32,000 bases of DNA from Candidatus Saccharimonadota bacterium (GCF_023585745.1 NZ_CP097762.1:180001-212000); one strand, 5' to 3'; counted from the stretch's first letter, positions 19,032-29,351 are shown. Notes: a model not told the origin generated them from the letters alone. Made by a program: numbers and translations.

Positions 19032-21620
19032 ATGCAATTAGATAATTTCACCCATAATTTTCAATTGGCCCTTTCTCATGCCCAATCTATAGCGTTAACA
19101 AAAAATAATCAATTCATTGAACCAATACATGTGATGCTTGCTTTTTTGCAAGATAAGAACGGATCTGTATATAAAATCTTGATAGATTCCGGATCTAATA
19201 TGATTCAATTAACTAATTTAATTGAACAAGCATGTGACTCATTACCAAAAACAAAAGTCAATGTAAATAATGTGCAATGTTCTTATGAACTAATTAAATT
19301 ATTAAATTTATGCAGTGAATTTTCAAAAAAATATAATGACTCTTTTATTACATCAGAAATGTTTATTTTATCTATTATTGAGTTTCATGGAATATTAAGA
19401 GATTTATTAAAACAATCTGGTGTAAATTTAAAAAATTTAAAAAAGTCTGTTGACTATATACGTAATCATTACAATATAAATGATCCAATATCAGAATCTC
19501 AACGTCAAGTTCTAGAAAAATTCACTGTAGATATCACTGCTCTTGCAGAACAAAATAAATTAGATCCTGTAATTGGTAGAGATGAAGAAATTCGTCGAAC
19601 TATGCAGGTCTTACAAAGACGTACTAAAAATAATCCTGTACTTATTGGAAAGCCTGGAGTCGGCAAAACTGCTATTATTGAAGGATTAGCGCAGCGTATT
19701 ATTAATGATGAAGTCCCAGAAGGATTGAAAAATTGTCGAATATTAGCATTAGACATGGGATCATTACTGGCTGGAACTAAATATAGAGGAGAATTTGAAG
19801 AACGCTTAAAGCATGTGCTAAATGATGTATCTAAAAAAAATAGTAATATTGTTTTATTTATTGATGAATTACATGTCATGGTAGGTGCTGGGAAAAGTGA
19901 TGGAGCAATGGATGCAAGTAATATGTTAAAACCAAGATTAGCTAGGGGAGAATTACATTGCGTAGGGGCAACAACATTCAATGAATATAGCGTGTATATT
20001 GAAAAGGATGCAGCTTTAGAAAGACGTTTTCAAAAAATATTAATTAATGAACCTAATATTGAATCTACTATTGCTATTCTTAGGGGATTAAAAGAACGCT
20101 ATGAATTACATCATAACGTTCACATTACTGATCCCGCAATAGTAGCATCCGCAAATTTATCGAATCGATATATTTCTGATCGCCAATTACCAGATAAAGC
20201 TATTGATTTAATTGATGAAGCAGCTTCTAATATTCGTATTCAAATTGATTCTAAACCAGAAGAGTTAGATAGACTAGAAAGATATATTATACAATTAAAA
20301 CTAGAACAACAAGCATTAAAAAAAGAATCAGATACTGCTAGCATAAAACAATTGCAAATATTAACTAATACATTAATAAAAAAAGAACAAGAATTTAATA
20401 TTCTTGAAGAAACTTGGAAAAATGAAAAAAAATCTTTATATACAATACAAAATATTAAATCTGATTTAGAAAAATCAAAAATTGCTATAGATCAAGCACG
20501 TCGTACTGGCGATTTAGCTCGTATGTCTGAGTTACAATACGGTACAATACCAGAATTAGAAAAAAAACTATCAAAAATTTTAAAAAATAATAATGAAAAA
20601 ACATATATTTTACGTAATTATGTTACTGAAATAGAAATAGCTGAAACACTATCTCGTTGGACTGGCATTCCAGTATCACGTATGCTAACTAGCGAACAAG
20701 AAAAATTATTAAACATGGAAGATATATTACATAAATTAGTTATTGGACAAGATACAGCGGTTACAGCAGTATCTGACGCTATCCGTCGTAGTCGTTCTGG
20801 ATTATCTGAAATTAAGCGTCCAATTGGTTCATTTATGTTTTTAGGACCTACTGGTGTTGGAAAAACTGAATTGTGTAAAGCATTATCTGAACTACTTTTT
20901 GATACTAATAATGCTATGGTTCGTATTGATATGTCTGAATTTATGGAAAAACATTCTGTGTCAAAATTGTTAGGTGCTCCTCCAGGTTATATTGGATACG
21001 AATCAGGAGGTTATTTAACTGAAGCAGTACGTCGTAAACCATATTCTCTAATTCTATTAGACGAAATAGAAAAAGCACATATAGAAATACTAAATATATT
21101 ATTACAAATACTTGATGATGGACGATTAACAGATGGACATGGACGTACGATAGATTTTGCTAACACTATTATCATAATGACATCTAATTTAGGATCAGAG
21201 TTAATTCAAAAATACTGTAGTATAATAGACTATCAAAAAATTAAAAACAATGTATTAGAAATAGTACGTGAGAAATTTAGACCAGAATTCGTTAATAGAA
21301 TAGATGAAATAGTAGTTTTTCATCCTTTGAATACCACACATCTTACTAAAATTGCTGCTATTCAACTTCAACATTTATGCAAACGATTAGAAGAAAAAGG
21401 ATATTCTCATGTTCATATTACTGAAGCGACATTAATTTTTCTATCAAAAATTGGATATGATCCTGTATATGGAGCTCGTCCGTTAAAACGCGCTATACAA
21501 CAATATATTACTAATCCACTTGCTAAACACATATTATCTGGAAATCTATTACCCGGTATTAGCATTACTTTAGATGTAAAAAATAATAATATTGTGTTTT
21601 CACAAAAATCTAATGCATAA
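19032..21620 (+). CDS. clpB: Protein disaggregation chaperone ClpB
   Basis: 862-aa ORF, against 857 aa in E. coli. It has two AAA+ modules with Walker A motifs GKPGVGKT and [22 protein letters not shown], a long middle coiled-coil, and the C-terminal [10 protein letters not shown]. Confidence 0.97.
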   Translation: MQLDNFTHNFQLALSHAQSIALTKNNQFIEPIHVMLAFLQDKNGSVYKILIDSGSNMIQLTNLIEQACDSLPKTKVNVNNVQCSYELIKLLNLCSEFSKKYNDSFITSEMFILSIIEFHGILRDLLKQSGVNLKNLKKSVDYIRNHYNINDPISESQRQVLEKFTVDITALAEQNKLDPVIGRDEEIRRTMQVLQRRTKNNPVLIGKPGVGKTAIIEGLAQRIINDEVPEGLKNCRILALDMGSLLAGTKYRGEFEERLKHVLNDVSKKNSNIVLFIDELHVMVGAGKSDGAMDASNMLKPRLARGELHCVGATTFNEYSVYIEKDAALERRFQKILINEPNIESTIAILRGLKERYELHHNVHITDPAIVASANLSNRYISDRQLPDKAIDLIDEAASNIRIQIDSKPEELDRLERYIIQLKLEQQALKKESDTASIKQLQILTNTLIKKEQEFNILEETWKNEKKSLYTIQNIKSDLEKSKIAIDQARRTGDLARMSELQYGTIPELEKKLSKILKNNNEKTYILRNYVTEIEIAETLSRWTGIPVSRMLTSEQEKLLNMEDILHKLVIGQDTAVTAVSDAIRRSRSGLSEIKRPIGSFMFLGPTGVGKTELCKALSELLFDTNNAMVRIDMSEFMEKHSVSKLLGAPPGYIGYESGGYLTEAVRRKPYSLILLDEIEKAHIEILNILLQILDDGRLTDGHGRTIDFANTIIIMTSNLGSELIQKYCSIIDYQKIKNNVLEIVREKFRPEFVNRIDEIVVFHPLNTTHLTKIAAIQLQHLCKRLEEKGYSHVHITEATLIFLSKIGYDPVYGARPLKRAIQQYITNPLAKHILSGNLLPGISITLDVKNNNIVFSQKSNA

Positions 21621-21718
21621 TTACTTTCAAATATACTTAATAAGTAATAGATTTATTTATATTAAAAAAAATTCAAATTTATTAGAATTATACTATTTTA
21701 CTAAAATGCATAGAGTAT

Positions 21719-22753
21719 ATGAAAAATTATATTCAATTAAAATCATTAAATACTTTTAGGATTAGTGTTTTTGCTGCGCAGGTAATTAAAATATATGATG
21801 TATACGCTTTAATAAAACATTGGAAGAACACTTACTATAAAGCACAACCTGTACTTATTTTAGGCAGAGGTAGTAATGTATTATTTTTGGATAATTTTAT
21901 TGGTACTATTTTGATCAACAAAATAAAGGGGATCTTTGTTACTGAATATAATAAAATATGGAGGCTCCGGGTTGGAGCAGGGGAAAAGTGGGATAAATTA
22001 GTTACATATGCTATAAATCATAATATACCAGGTTTAGAAAATTTAGCATGTATTCCAGGCTCAGTAGGAGCAGCGCCAATTCATAATATTGGCGCATATG
22101 GCATAGAATTATCCAAAATATGTGAATATGTAGATATTATAGACTTATATAATGAAAAAGTAATTCGTTTTACTCACGAAGAATGTCTTTTTCAGTATAG
22201 AAGTAGTATATTTAAAAATATTTTAAAAAATTATGCTATTATATTCGTGGGATTAAAATTATCCAAAAAATGGAAACCTATATTAAATTACGGGGAATTA
22301 AATTGTTTAAAAAAACATTATATTACTCCAAAACAAATTTTCAAATTTATACGTAAAATTAGGTATAATAAAATACCCAATGTAAAAAAAACTGGAAATG
22401 CAGGTAGTTTTTTTAAAAATCCAATAATAAACGCTAAAAAAGCATACAATTTACTCAGTCTATACCCGAATATGCCGTATTATCGTCAAATAGACGGAGC
22501 AATGAAATTATCAGCAGGATGGTTAATAGATAATTGTTCATTAAAAGGTTATATTTTGGGACGAGCTGCAATTTACTCAAAACAATCATTAATATTAATT
22601 AATAATAAAAACATGGCTAATGGCACTGAAATCGCTGCATTAGCTTTATACATATATACTAGCGTTGCAAAAAAATTTAATATTTATTTGCAACCAGAAG
22701 TTATATTTATAGGAAAGCACGGAAAAATAAATCCAAAAAAAATATTTTTATAA
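21719..22753 (+). CDS. murB: UDP-N-acetylenolpyruvoylglucosamine reductase
   Basis: 344-aa ORF, against 342 aa in E. coli. PVLILGRGSNVLF, PGLENLA.IPGSVGAAPI.NIGAYG.E, GNAGSFFKNP, KLSAGWLID.C.LKG and PEV.FIG match E. coli MurB. Confidence 0.95.
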   Translation: MKNYIQLKSLNTFRISVFAAQVIKIYDVYALIKHWKNTYYKAQPVLILGRGSNVLFLDNFIGTILINKIKGIFVTEYNKIWRLRVGAGEKWDKLVTYAINHNIPGLENLACIPGSVGAAPIHNIGAYGIELSKICEYVDIIDLYNEKVIRFTHEECLFQYRSSIFKNILKNYAIIFVGLKLSKKWKPILNYGELNCLKKHYITPKQIFKFIRKIRYNKIPNVKKTGNAGSFFKNPIINAKKAYNLLSLYPNMPYYRQIDGAMKLSAGWLIDNCSLKGYILGRAAIYSKQSLILINNKNMANGTEIAALALYIYTSVAKKFNIYLQPEVIFIGKHGKINPKKIFL

Positions 22754-22809
22754 AAAAACATATATAATTTTTTACAATATTTAAAGTAACTACAATATAG
22801 TAGAATTAT

Positions 22810-23604
22810 ATGTTCCATCATGATTTTTTTTTACCAAAACAAAATAATTTATCACAATTACTTCTAAAAAATAGAATAATTGTATTAAAGAAAATTAATT
22901 CAACCAATCAATATATAATTGATAATATTCCTAGACTCAAGATAGGTGATGCTTGTGTTACAGACCACCAAACACAAGGCCGAGGTAGAACTGGAAAAAT
23001 TTGGATTGCTCCTATTGGACAAAGTATCTGTTTATCAATGTATTGGAAATTAAACAAGACTTTGCCTACAATTATTAAATTAAGTATAATGATTAGTATC
23101 GTTGTCGCAAGAATCCTCAAAAAATTAGGTGTGTCTCATATTAAAATCAAGTGGCCCAACGATTTATATGTTAATGAACGTAAATTAGCAGGAATTTTAA
23201 TTGAAACTATAACGAAAGCTCATTGTACTACTCACCTAATAATAGGAATTGGCTTAAACATATCCATACAAACACCTACACAATTAAATTCGCAAATTGG
23301 TAAAAATTGGATTGATTTAAAAAGTATAGGTATTATCATAAATCGTAACTTTCTAACAAAAATATTAGTCAATACTTTACGTAAAAAATTAAAAGATTTT
23401 ACGTTATTTGATTTAGAGCCATTCATGACTCACTGGAAATATTTCGATTACTTGTATAATAAATCAATATTATTATCAATCAATAATTGTAAAATAATTT
23501 ATGGTATAGCTCTTGGAATCAATTCGCATGGAGCACTAATTCTAAAAAAATCAGAAAAAATCTACTATTTCTCAGGAGGTAATATTTCTATACAAATAAT
23601 ATAA
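22810..23604 (+). CDS. birA: Biotin--[acetyl-CoA-carboxylase] ligase, catalytic and C-terminal domains only (no N-terminal HTH repressor domain)
   Basis: 264-aa ORF, against 321 aa in E. coli BirA. Alignment begins at about E. coli residue 60. INSTNQY, GDACVTDHQTQGRGRTGK.W, the biotin/ATP-binding GRGRxGR-type loop and KWPNDLY...RKLAGILIE are present. Only 56 bp separate it from murB. Confidence 0.9.
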   Translation: MFHHDFFLPKQNNLSQLLLKNRIIVLKKINSTNQYIIDNIPRLKIGDACVTDHQTQGRGRTGKIWIAPIGQSICLSMYWKLNKTLPTIIKLSIMISIVVARILKKLGVSHIKIKWPNDLYVNERKLAGILIETITKAHCTTHLIIGIGLNISIQTPTQLNSQIGKNWIDLKSIGIIINRNFLTKILVNTLRKKLKDFTLFDLEPFMTHWKYFDYLYNKSILLSINNCKIIYGIALGINSHGALILKKSEKIYYFSGGNISIQII

Positions 23605-23620
23605 AAATTAAATAATTAAA

Positions 23621-23644
23621 TTAATTCTATATTAATAGAATTAA
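23621..23644. terminator. Candidate bidirectional terminator hairpin between convergent birA and coaA
   Basis: A perfect 10-bp stem TTAATTCTAT / ATAGAATTAA (23621-23630 and 23635-23644) with loop ATTA and one G-C pair. There is no clear T-tract on either side. Confidence 0.3.
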
Positions 23645-23707
23645 GTAGTAATAACGCAACTAATTATAATTAGTAACCTGTAATTTTCGTGTATAATTGT
23701 AATATTT

Positions 23708-24658
23708 TTAAAACTTTCTCAAATACACATTATTTATCACATGATTTTTCCCTTTTTTTAAAATTAGGTGAGCTCTATTCCTAGAAGGTAAAATATTTTT
23801 TTGTAAATTTAATCCATTTACTTTGCTCCAAAAATTAGATGCTACACATACTATTTTTTTTTTAGATAATCTTGAATAACGATAAAAATAAGAATTAGGA
23901 TTAGAAAAACTGGTAAAACAAAATTTTAAAAATCTATTGATATACCATTCTCGTAACAAATATTCTGGAGCATCTACATAGATTGAAAAATCAATAAGAT
24001 CAGACATAAAAAAATAAGAAGAACTACCGTTATAATAATTTTGTAAAATATTTAATCCCTCCAAAATTAGAATATCTGGTTTGTAAATTATTTGTTTTAT
24101 ATTTGGCACTATGTCATAGTTCTTATGTGAATATATAGGAATAGCAATATGATGTGCTCCTGATTTAATTTGTAAAATAAAATTAATTAATTTAATCATA
24201 TCATATGATTGTGGAAAACCTTTTTTTTTCATTAGATTGCGTTTTTGCAACACTTTATTATTATGTAAAAAACCATCAGTTGTTACTAATTCTACAATAC
24301 GATGCTGAGGCCATCTACTTAACAAAATTTGTAATATTTTAGCAGCAGTACTTTTACCAGCCGAAACACTACCAGTAATACCAATAACATATGGTGTGGT
24401 TATATATTGTGTTGTCTGTATATTTTTTGGAAGTGACTTTAAAATGCTTTGACGATCTACATTTAAACAATAATATAAATTTAAAAGTTTGGATAATGGC
24501 ACATAAATATCTATTATATCATTAATAGAAAGATGATTATTAATTTTTTTTAAATTAAAAATATCTGTTTGAGATAGCGTCAACATCTCTCCCTCTCGAA
24601 GAGATGACCAACTTTTTCGATTAAAAATAAAAAACGGAACATATGAAGTATATGACAT
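23708..24658 (-). CDS. coaA: Type I pantothenate kinase
   Basis: 316-aa ORF, the same length as E. coli CoaA. It has the P-loop GITGSVSAGKST, VELVTTDGFLH, KKKGFPQSYDM, PDILILEGLN, DFSIYVDAPE and WYINRFLKF. Confidence 0.95.
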   Translation of the reverse strand: MSYTSYVPFFIFNRKSWSSLREGEMLTLSQTDIFNLKKINNHLSINDIIDIYVPLSKLLNLYYCLNVDRQSILKSLPKNIQTTQYITTPYVIGITGSVSAGKSTAAKILQILLSRWPQHRIVELVTTDGFLHNNKVLQKRNLMKKKGFPQSYDMIKLINFILQIKSGAHHIAIPIYSHKNYDIVPNIKQIIYKPDILILEGLNILQNYYNGSSSYFFMSDLIDFSIYVDAPEYLLREWYINRFLKFCFTSFSNPNSYFYRYSRLSKKKIVCVASNFWSKVNGLNLQKNILPSRNRAHLILKKGKNHVINNVYLRKF

Positions 24659-24889
24659 ATTATTGTATTATATTATGAATGTTTTATTTTTTTTAGTGTA
24701 CTCTCCACTTAAATACTTGATCAAAGTAAAATGTTTAATTATAATATTATAATTAAAATTTTATTAAATAATAGTTTTGTCCTTAATAAAATTCTTATTA
24801 GGAATAATTTAAATGATTCTATAGTTTTTAATACAATACTAATCATAAATTATTATGAGGTTTATTATTTGACTAGAGAAAATATAGCA

Positions 24890-24962
24890 GCCGGTATAGC
24901 TCAGCAGGTAGAGCAACTGATTTGTAATCAGTAGATCAAAGGTTCAAATCCTTTTGCCGGCA
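24890..24962 (+). tRNA. thrU: tRNA-Thr (anticodon UGU); no encoded CCA
   Basis: Hand-folded. The acceptor GCCGGTA/TGCCGGC has a U6-G67 wobble. The anticodon stem is ACTGA/TCAGT with loop TTTGTAA. The T arm is AAAGG-TTCAAAT-CCTTT. It is first in the thrU-tyrU-glyT-thrT order known from E. coli, downstream of coaA. Confidence 0.9.
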
Positions 24963-24983
24963 TATAAATTAAGAGATGATTGT

Positions 24984-25065
24984 GATGGGGTTCCCGAGCG
25001 GCTAAAGGGAGCAGACTGTAAATCTGCCGTCATAGACTTCGAAGGTTCAAATCCTTCCCCCATCA
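24984..25065 (+). tRNA. tyrU: tRNA-Tyr (anticodon GUA), long variable arm; no encoded CCA
   Basis: It is nearly identical to E. coli tRNA-Tyr. The acceptor is GATGGGG/CCCCATC. AGCAGACTGTAAATCTGC contains the anticodon GTA. The T arm is GAAGG-TTCAAAT-CCTTC. Confidence 0.92.
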
Positions 25066-25129
25066 TTTTGACTTTTTTATTTTTACTAAAAATCTATTTT
25101 ATAGCAATAAACCCTATACATTTAGTATA

Positions 25130-25201
25130 GTGGGCATCGTATAATGGTTATTACCTCAACCTTCCAAGTTGATGATGTGGGTTCGATTCCCACTGTCCGC
25201 T
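25130..25201 (+). tRNA. glyT: tRNA-Gly (anticodon UCC); no encoded CCA
   Basis: The acceptor GTGGGCA/TGTCCGC has two wobble pairs, U2-G71 and G5-U68. The anticodon stem is TCAAC/GTTGA with loop CTTCCAA. The T arm is GTGGG-TTCGATT-CCCAC and the discriminator is U, as in E. coli glyT. Confidence 0.9.
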
Positions 25202-25220
25202 CAATATATTATAAAAATAT

Positions 25221-25294
25221 GCTGATATAGCTCAGTTGGATAGAGCACACCCTTGGTAAGGGTGAGGCCAGCAGTTCGAATCTGCTTATCAGCA
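25221..25294 (+). tRNA. thrT: tRNA-Thr (anticodon GGU); no encoded CCA
   Basis: The acceptor is GCTGATA/TATCAGC. The anticodon stem is CACCC/GGGTG with loop TTGGTAA. The T arm is AGCAG-TTCGAAT-CTGCT. It is fourth in the conserved tRNA cluster. Confidence 0.92.
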
Positions 25295-25417
25295 TGATAG
25301 GTTGTAATCATTCATATACATAATTTTTTATGTATAAAATTTAACACTTAATTAACACTTTTATTACTCATTACAACATTAAAACACGAGTTAATATATA
25401 AAAAATCAGGAGTTTTT

Positions 25418-25888
25418 ATGAAAGGTGATAATCAACTAGTAACTCATTTAAATAATTTATTAAGTGATGAACTAATTGCAGTTAATCATCATTTTTTGCA
25501 TGCAAAAATTTTTGAAAATTTAGGTTTAGAGCGTCTTAACAACATTGAAAAAAAAGAATACATAGAAGAATTACATCATGCAGATCTATATGCACAACGT
25601 ATTTTATTTTTAGAACAAACCCCTATGTTAAGAACATTTGAAAAATTAAATATAAATAAAAATATTGAAGATATTTTACGCGCTGACCTTGATTTAGAAT
25701 ATAATAGCATCAATAGTATTAAAAATGCCATCAAATATGCAGAATCAATATTAGATTATATATCTAGAGATATAATGATTCAGATATTATCTGATGAAGA
25801 AAAACACGTTGATTTTATAAAAAAGGAACTAGATCTTATAATAAGCATTGGTATGGAAAATTATATTCAATCTCAATTAAAAAAGTAA
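25418..25888 (+). CDS. bfr: Bacterioferritin with an intact ferroxidase centre but Leu at the haem-ligand position 52
   Basis: 156-aa ORF that aligns without gaps to E. coli Bfr (158 aa). The start is MKGD. E18, E51, H54, E94, E127 and H130 are all present. Residue 52 is Leu (TTA at 25571-25573) instead of Met. The Shine-Dalgarno sequence is AGGAG. Confidence 0.9.
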   Translation: MKGDNQLVTHLNNLLSDELIAVNHHFLHAKIFENLGLERLNNIEKKEYIEELHHADLYAQRILFLEQTPMLRTFEKLNINKNIEDILRADLDLEYNSINSIKNAIKYAESILDYISRDIMIQILSDEEKHVDFIKKELDLIISIGMENYIQSQLKK

Positions 25889-26191
25889 TTTGCATATATA
25901 TTGAATTAAGGTGATGATATTTTATAGAAAAAATATTTCTTAAATATAAGAACTCTATTCTGAACTAATTTTATTGTTGGTTGCTGATGCGATAAATTCA
26001 ATTAGTTTGTTTCTTAAAAATGATAAATAGTAAAAATATTTAGGCGTTGTTTTCTCGGTTTTTCAAAACATTATTACAATATATAATATATGTAAATTAA
26101 TTTTTAATTTAAACTAAACTAAATTAGTCAATCATAAAATACAAAGTATTTTATGTATAATTTTTAAAACACTTATTAATAAAGAGCTTAA

Positions 26192-26512
<321 letters not shown>

Positions 26513-26603
26513 TAATTTCAATCATAATAAAATATACATTACTCTAAACTTTAAAATTAAAATACAAATATTCTATCTAAAATAAAAGGTTATTTTTGTA
26601 ATA

Positions 26604-27254
26604 ATGAACGGACTAATTGGTAAAAAAGTCGGTATGACTCGAGTATTTGACAAAAACGGTAATTCCATTCCTGTTACTATCATTGAAATTACTCCACATA
26701 GAGTTACTCAAATAAAAAATATTAAAAAAGATGGATACTGCGCAATTCAATTAACTACTGGTAATAAAAATAAAAAACATATTAACAAACCAGAATCTGG
26801 TCACATGATAAAATCAGGAATACAGTTAGGTCGAGGGTTATGGGAATTTCGTTATAAAAATGATGTTAATGATGTTACATTAGGAGATATTATTACTATA
26901 CAAATATTTATAAATACTAAAAAAGTTGATATTACAGGATATTCAAAAGGTAAAGGATTTTCTGGTACTATAAAACGTTGGAATTTTCACATGCAAGACG
27001 CAAGTCACGGCAATTCTTTATCTCATAGAGCTCCAGGATCAATTGGACAAAATCAAACCCCAGGAAGAGTATTCAAGGGAAAAAAAATGGCAGGACATTT
27101 AGGTAATGATAGAATCACAATACAAAACCTTGAAGTAATACAAGTGGATATAAAATGCAATTTATTACTAGTTAAAGGATCTGTACCGGGCGTAATCGGT
27201 GATAATTTAACTATTAAAAAATCTATTAAAATACAAAATAACAGGAATATATAA
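26604..27254 (+). CDS. rplC: 50S ribosomal protein L3
   Basis: 216-aa [57 protein letters not shown] matches E. coli L3. Confidence 0.97.
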   Translation: MNGLIGKKVGMTRVFDKNGNSIPVTIIEITPHRVTQIKNIKKDGYCAIQLTTGNKNKKHINKPESGHMIKSGIQLGRGLWEFRYKNDVNDVTLGDIITIQIFINTKKVDITGYSKGKGFSGTIKRWNFHMQDASHGNSLSHRAPGSIGQNQTPGRVFKGKKMAGHLGNDRITIQNLEVIQVDIKCNLLLVKGSVPGVIGDNLTIKKSIKIQNNRNI

Positions 27255-27881
27255 ATGGAATTAGAAATAAAAGATTTTTTAAAATGTACAAATGAATACA
27301 ATACAATTAATGTTTCTGATAAGATTTTTAGATATCCTTTTAAACCAAATCTTATACATCAAATTGTATCTTCTTACTTAATTAACTCTCGCCGGGGGAC
27401 CAAATCGCAAAAAAGTCGTTCAGAAGTATCAGGTTCTAATAGAAAACCATGGAGGCAAAAAGGTACTGGAAGAGCACGATCTGGTTCCATAAAAAGCCCA
27501 ATTTGGCGTTCCGGGGGAGTCACATTTGCATCAACACCTAAATTATATACACAGAAAATAAATAAAAAAATGTACAAAAATGCAATAAGAAGTATTTTAT
27601 CTAAATTAGTTTGCGAAAAACGCTTATTTTTGATAAAAAATTTATTTTTAGATACTCCAAAAACTAAAAATTTTTTAGAAAAAATACAAAAAATAACACT
27701 AAAAAAACGTATATTAATAATTACAGATATTCTAGATAGAAATGTAATTCTAGCATCGCGTAATGTTTACAAAATAAAAATAATTACTGAAAAACATATA
27801 GACCCAATAAATCTAATTAATTTAGATACAACTTTTATTGCCGATACTGTTATTAAAAAAATTGAGAATCAATTAATATGA
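27255..27881 (+). CDS. rplD: 50S ribosomal protein L4
   Basis: 208-aa ORF whose ATG immediately follows the rplC stop. [29 protein letters not shown] is identical to E. coli L4. Confidence 0.97.
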   Translation: MELEIKDFLKCTNEYNTINVSDKIFRYPFKPNLIHQIVSSYLINSRRGTKSQKSRSEVSGSNRKPWRQKGTGRARSGSIKSPIWRSGGVTFASTPKLYTQKINKKMYKNAIRSILSKLVCEKRLFLIKNLFLDTPKTKNFLEKIQKITLKKRILIITDILDRNVILASRNVYKIKIITEKHIDPINLINLDTTFIADTVIKKIENQLI

Positions 27882-28183
27882 CTTACAAAGAACGTTTATT
27901 AAAAGTTATACAATCTATACATATTTCTGAAAAAACTTCAATGCAGTCAGAAAAATATAATACTTTTGTGTTCAGGGTTGCAAAACACACTAATAAGACA
28001 GATATAAAAGATGCCGTAAGAATGTTATTTTCTGTAGAAATAAACCATATTAATACTATAACTGTATCTGGAAAATATAAAAGAATTTCTAAAAAAAATC
28101 ATTTTGGACGTCGAGATAATTGGAAAAAAGCATATGTTACTTTAAAAAAAGGACAAAAAATAGATTTTATTAATACAAAATAA
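27878..28183 (+). CDS. rplW: 50S ribosomal protein L23
   Basis: 101-aa ORF overlapping the rplD stop by 4 nt (ATGA). ERLLKV....H.SEK and [13 protein letters not shown] resemble E. coli L23. The S10-operon order is conserved. Confidence 0.93.
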   Translation: MTYKERLLKVIQSIHISEKTSMQSEKYNTFVFRVAKHTNKTDIKDAVRMLFSVEINHINTITVSGKYKRISKKNHFGRRDNWKKAYVTLKKGQKIDFINTK

Positions 28184-28216
28184 ATCAATTAATAATTAAT
28201 ATGGAACTTTTAAAAA

Positions 28217-29050
28217 ATGCCTATAATCAAATGTGACCCCACGTCTCCAGGAAGACGACATGTCGTAAAATTAGTTAATGTTGATTTATATAAAGGCCGA
28301 CCTTATCCAGCGTTATTATCTAATAAAAATACACATAAGTCAGGTGGGCGAAATAATTATGGAAGAATTACTATTCGTCATACTGGAGGAGGACATAAAA
28401 AACTGTATAGAATAATTGATTTTAAACGCAATAAAGATAAAATTCCGGCAATAGTAACACGTGTAGAATATGATCCAAATCGTTCAGCAAATATAGCATT
28501 ATTATCATACCAAGATGGAGAAAAACGTTATATTTTAGCGCCTAAAGGTATAAAAATGCGTGATATAGTGATGTCTGGATCGGATGTTCCAATAAAATTA
28601 GGTAATACTTTACCAATGAAAAATATCCCAATTGGATCAACCGTTCATAACGTAGAAATAAAACCAGGAAAAGGTGGTCAATTAGCTCGTTCTGCAGGAA
28701 CTTATGTACAAATTGTAGCACAAGATAATGAATATATGATATTACGTTTAAAATCTGGAGAAATACGTAAAATTTATTCCACGTGTCGCGCAACTATTGG
28801 AGAAGTGGGTAATTCTGAACATATGTTACGGATGTTGGGTAAAGCCGGTGCTAGTAGATGGAGAGGTATACGTCCTACTGTACGTGGCACTGCTATGAAC
28901 CCTATTGATCATCCGCACGGAGGAGGAGAAGGAAAAAATTTTGGCAGACACCCTGTTTCCCCATGGGGGATGCAAACTAAAGGCAAAAAAACACGCCATA
29001 ATAAACGTACTAATAAGTTTATATTATCTTATAGAAAAAATAAAATTTAA
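28217..29050 (+). CDS. rplB: 50S ribosomal protein L2
   Basis: 277-aa [45 protein letters not shown] and [12 protein letters not shown] are L2 hallmarks. Confidence 0.98.
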   Translation: MPIIKCDPTSPGRRHVVKLVNVDLYKGRPYPALLSNKNTHKSGGRNNYGRITIRHTGGGHKKLYRIIDFKRNKDKIPAIVTRVEYDPNRSANIALLSYQDGEKRYILAPKGIKMRDIVMSGSDVPIKLGNTLPMKNIPIGSTVHNVEIKPGKGGQLARSAGTYVQIVAQDNEYMILRLKSGEIRKIYSTCRATIGEVGNSEHMLRMLGKAGASRWRGIRPTVRGTAMNPIDHPHGGGEGKNFGRHPVSPWGMQTKGKKTRHNKRTNKFILSYRKNKI

Positions 29051-29063
29051 AGGTTAAAAATTT

Positions 29064-29351
29064 ATGCCACGTTCTATTAAAAAGGGTCCATTTATTGATT
29101 TACATTTACTGAAAAAAGTTGAAAAAGCTATAGAAACAGGAGATAAAAAACCCATAAAAACTTGGTCAAGAAGATCAACAATATTTCCAAGAATGATCGG
29201 GCTCACATTATCAATACATAATGGACGAAAACATATACCGATATTTATTTCAGATGAAATGGTTGGGCACAAATTAGGTGAATTCGCTCCAACTCGAACA
29301 TACCGGAGTCATTCAATTGATAAAAAAATAAAAAACACTGCAAAAAAATAA
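29064..29351 (+). CDS. rpsS: 30S ribosomal protein S19
   Basis: 95-aa [23 protein letters not shown]...[29 protein letters not shown]....[15 protein letters not shown] is close to identical to E. coli S19. Confidence 0.98.
   Translation: MPRSIKKGPFIDLHLLKKVEKAIETGDKKPIKTWSRRSTIFPRMIGLTLSIHNGRKHIPIFISDEMVGHKLGEFAPTRTYRSHSIDKKIKNTAKK

Noticed and set aside
19505-19981. A 158-aa ORF on the minus strand. It is conspicuously long for such an AT-rich genome.
   Set aside because: It lies entirely antisense to the highly conserved first AAA+ module of clpB, which is locally less AT-rich and therefore has few reverse-strand stop codons. The product is low-complexity with no recognisable motif. It is a shadow ORF.
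24731-24934. A 67-aa ORF upstream of the tRNA cluster.
   Set aside because: Its 3' end reads through tRNA-Thr(UGU) (the ...AGIAQQVEQLICNQ part is the translated tRNA). The rest is Asn/Ile/Leu low-complexity sequence typical of translated AT-rich spacer.
25315-25336. An 8-bp hairpin TATACATA / TATGTATA after thrT, considered as the terminator of the tRNA cluster.
   Set aside because: No T-tract follows it on either strand (the T-run lies in the loop). It is an A-T-rich stem of marginal stability and is not distinguishable from background.
25341-25360. A direct repeat of TTAACACTT spaced 11 bp apart, about 60-75 bp upstream of bfr, considered as a possible operator. I also looked for a Fur box.
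   Set aside because: A 9-bp repeat at short distance is expected several times by chance in 32 kb of this composition. It does not resemble the Fur consensus GATAATGATAATCATTATC.
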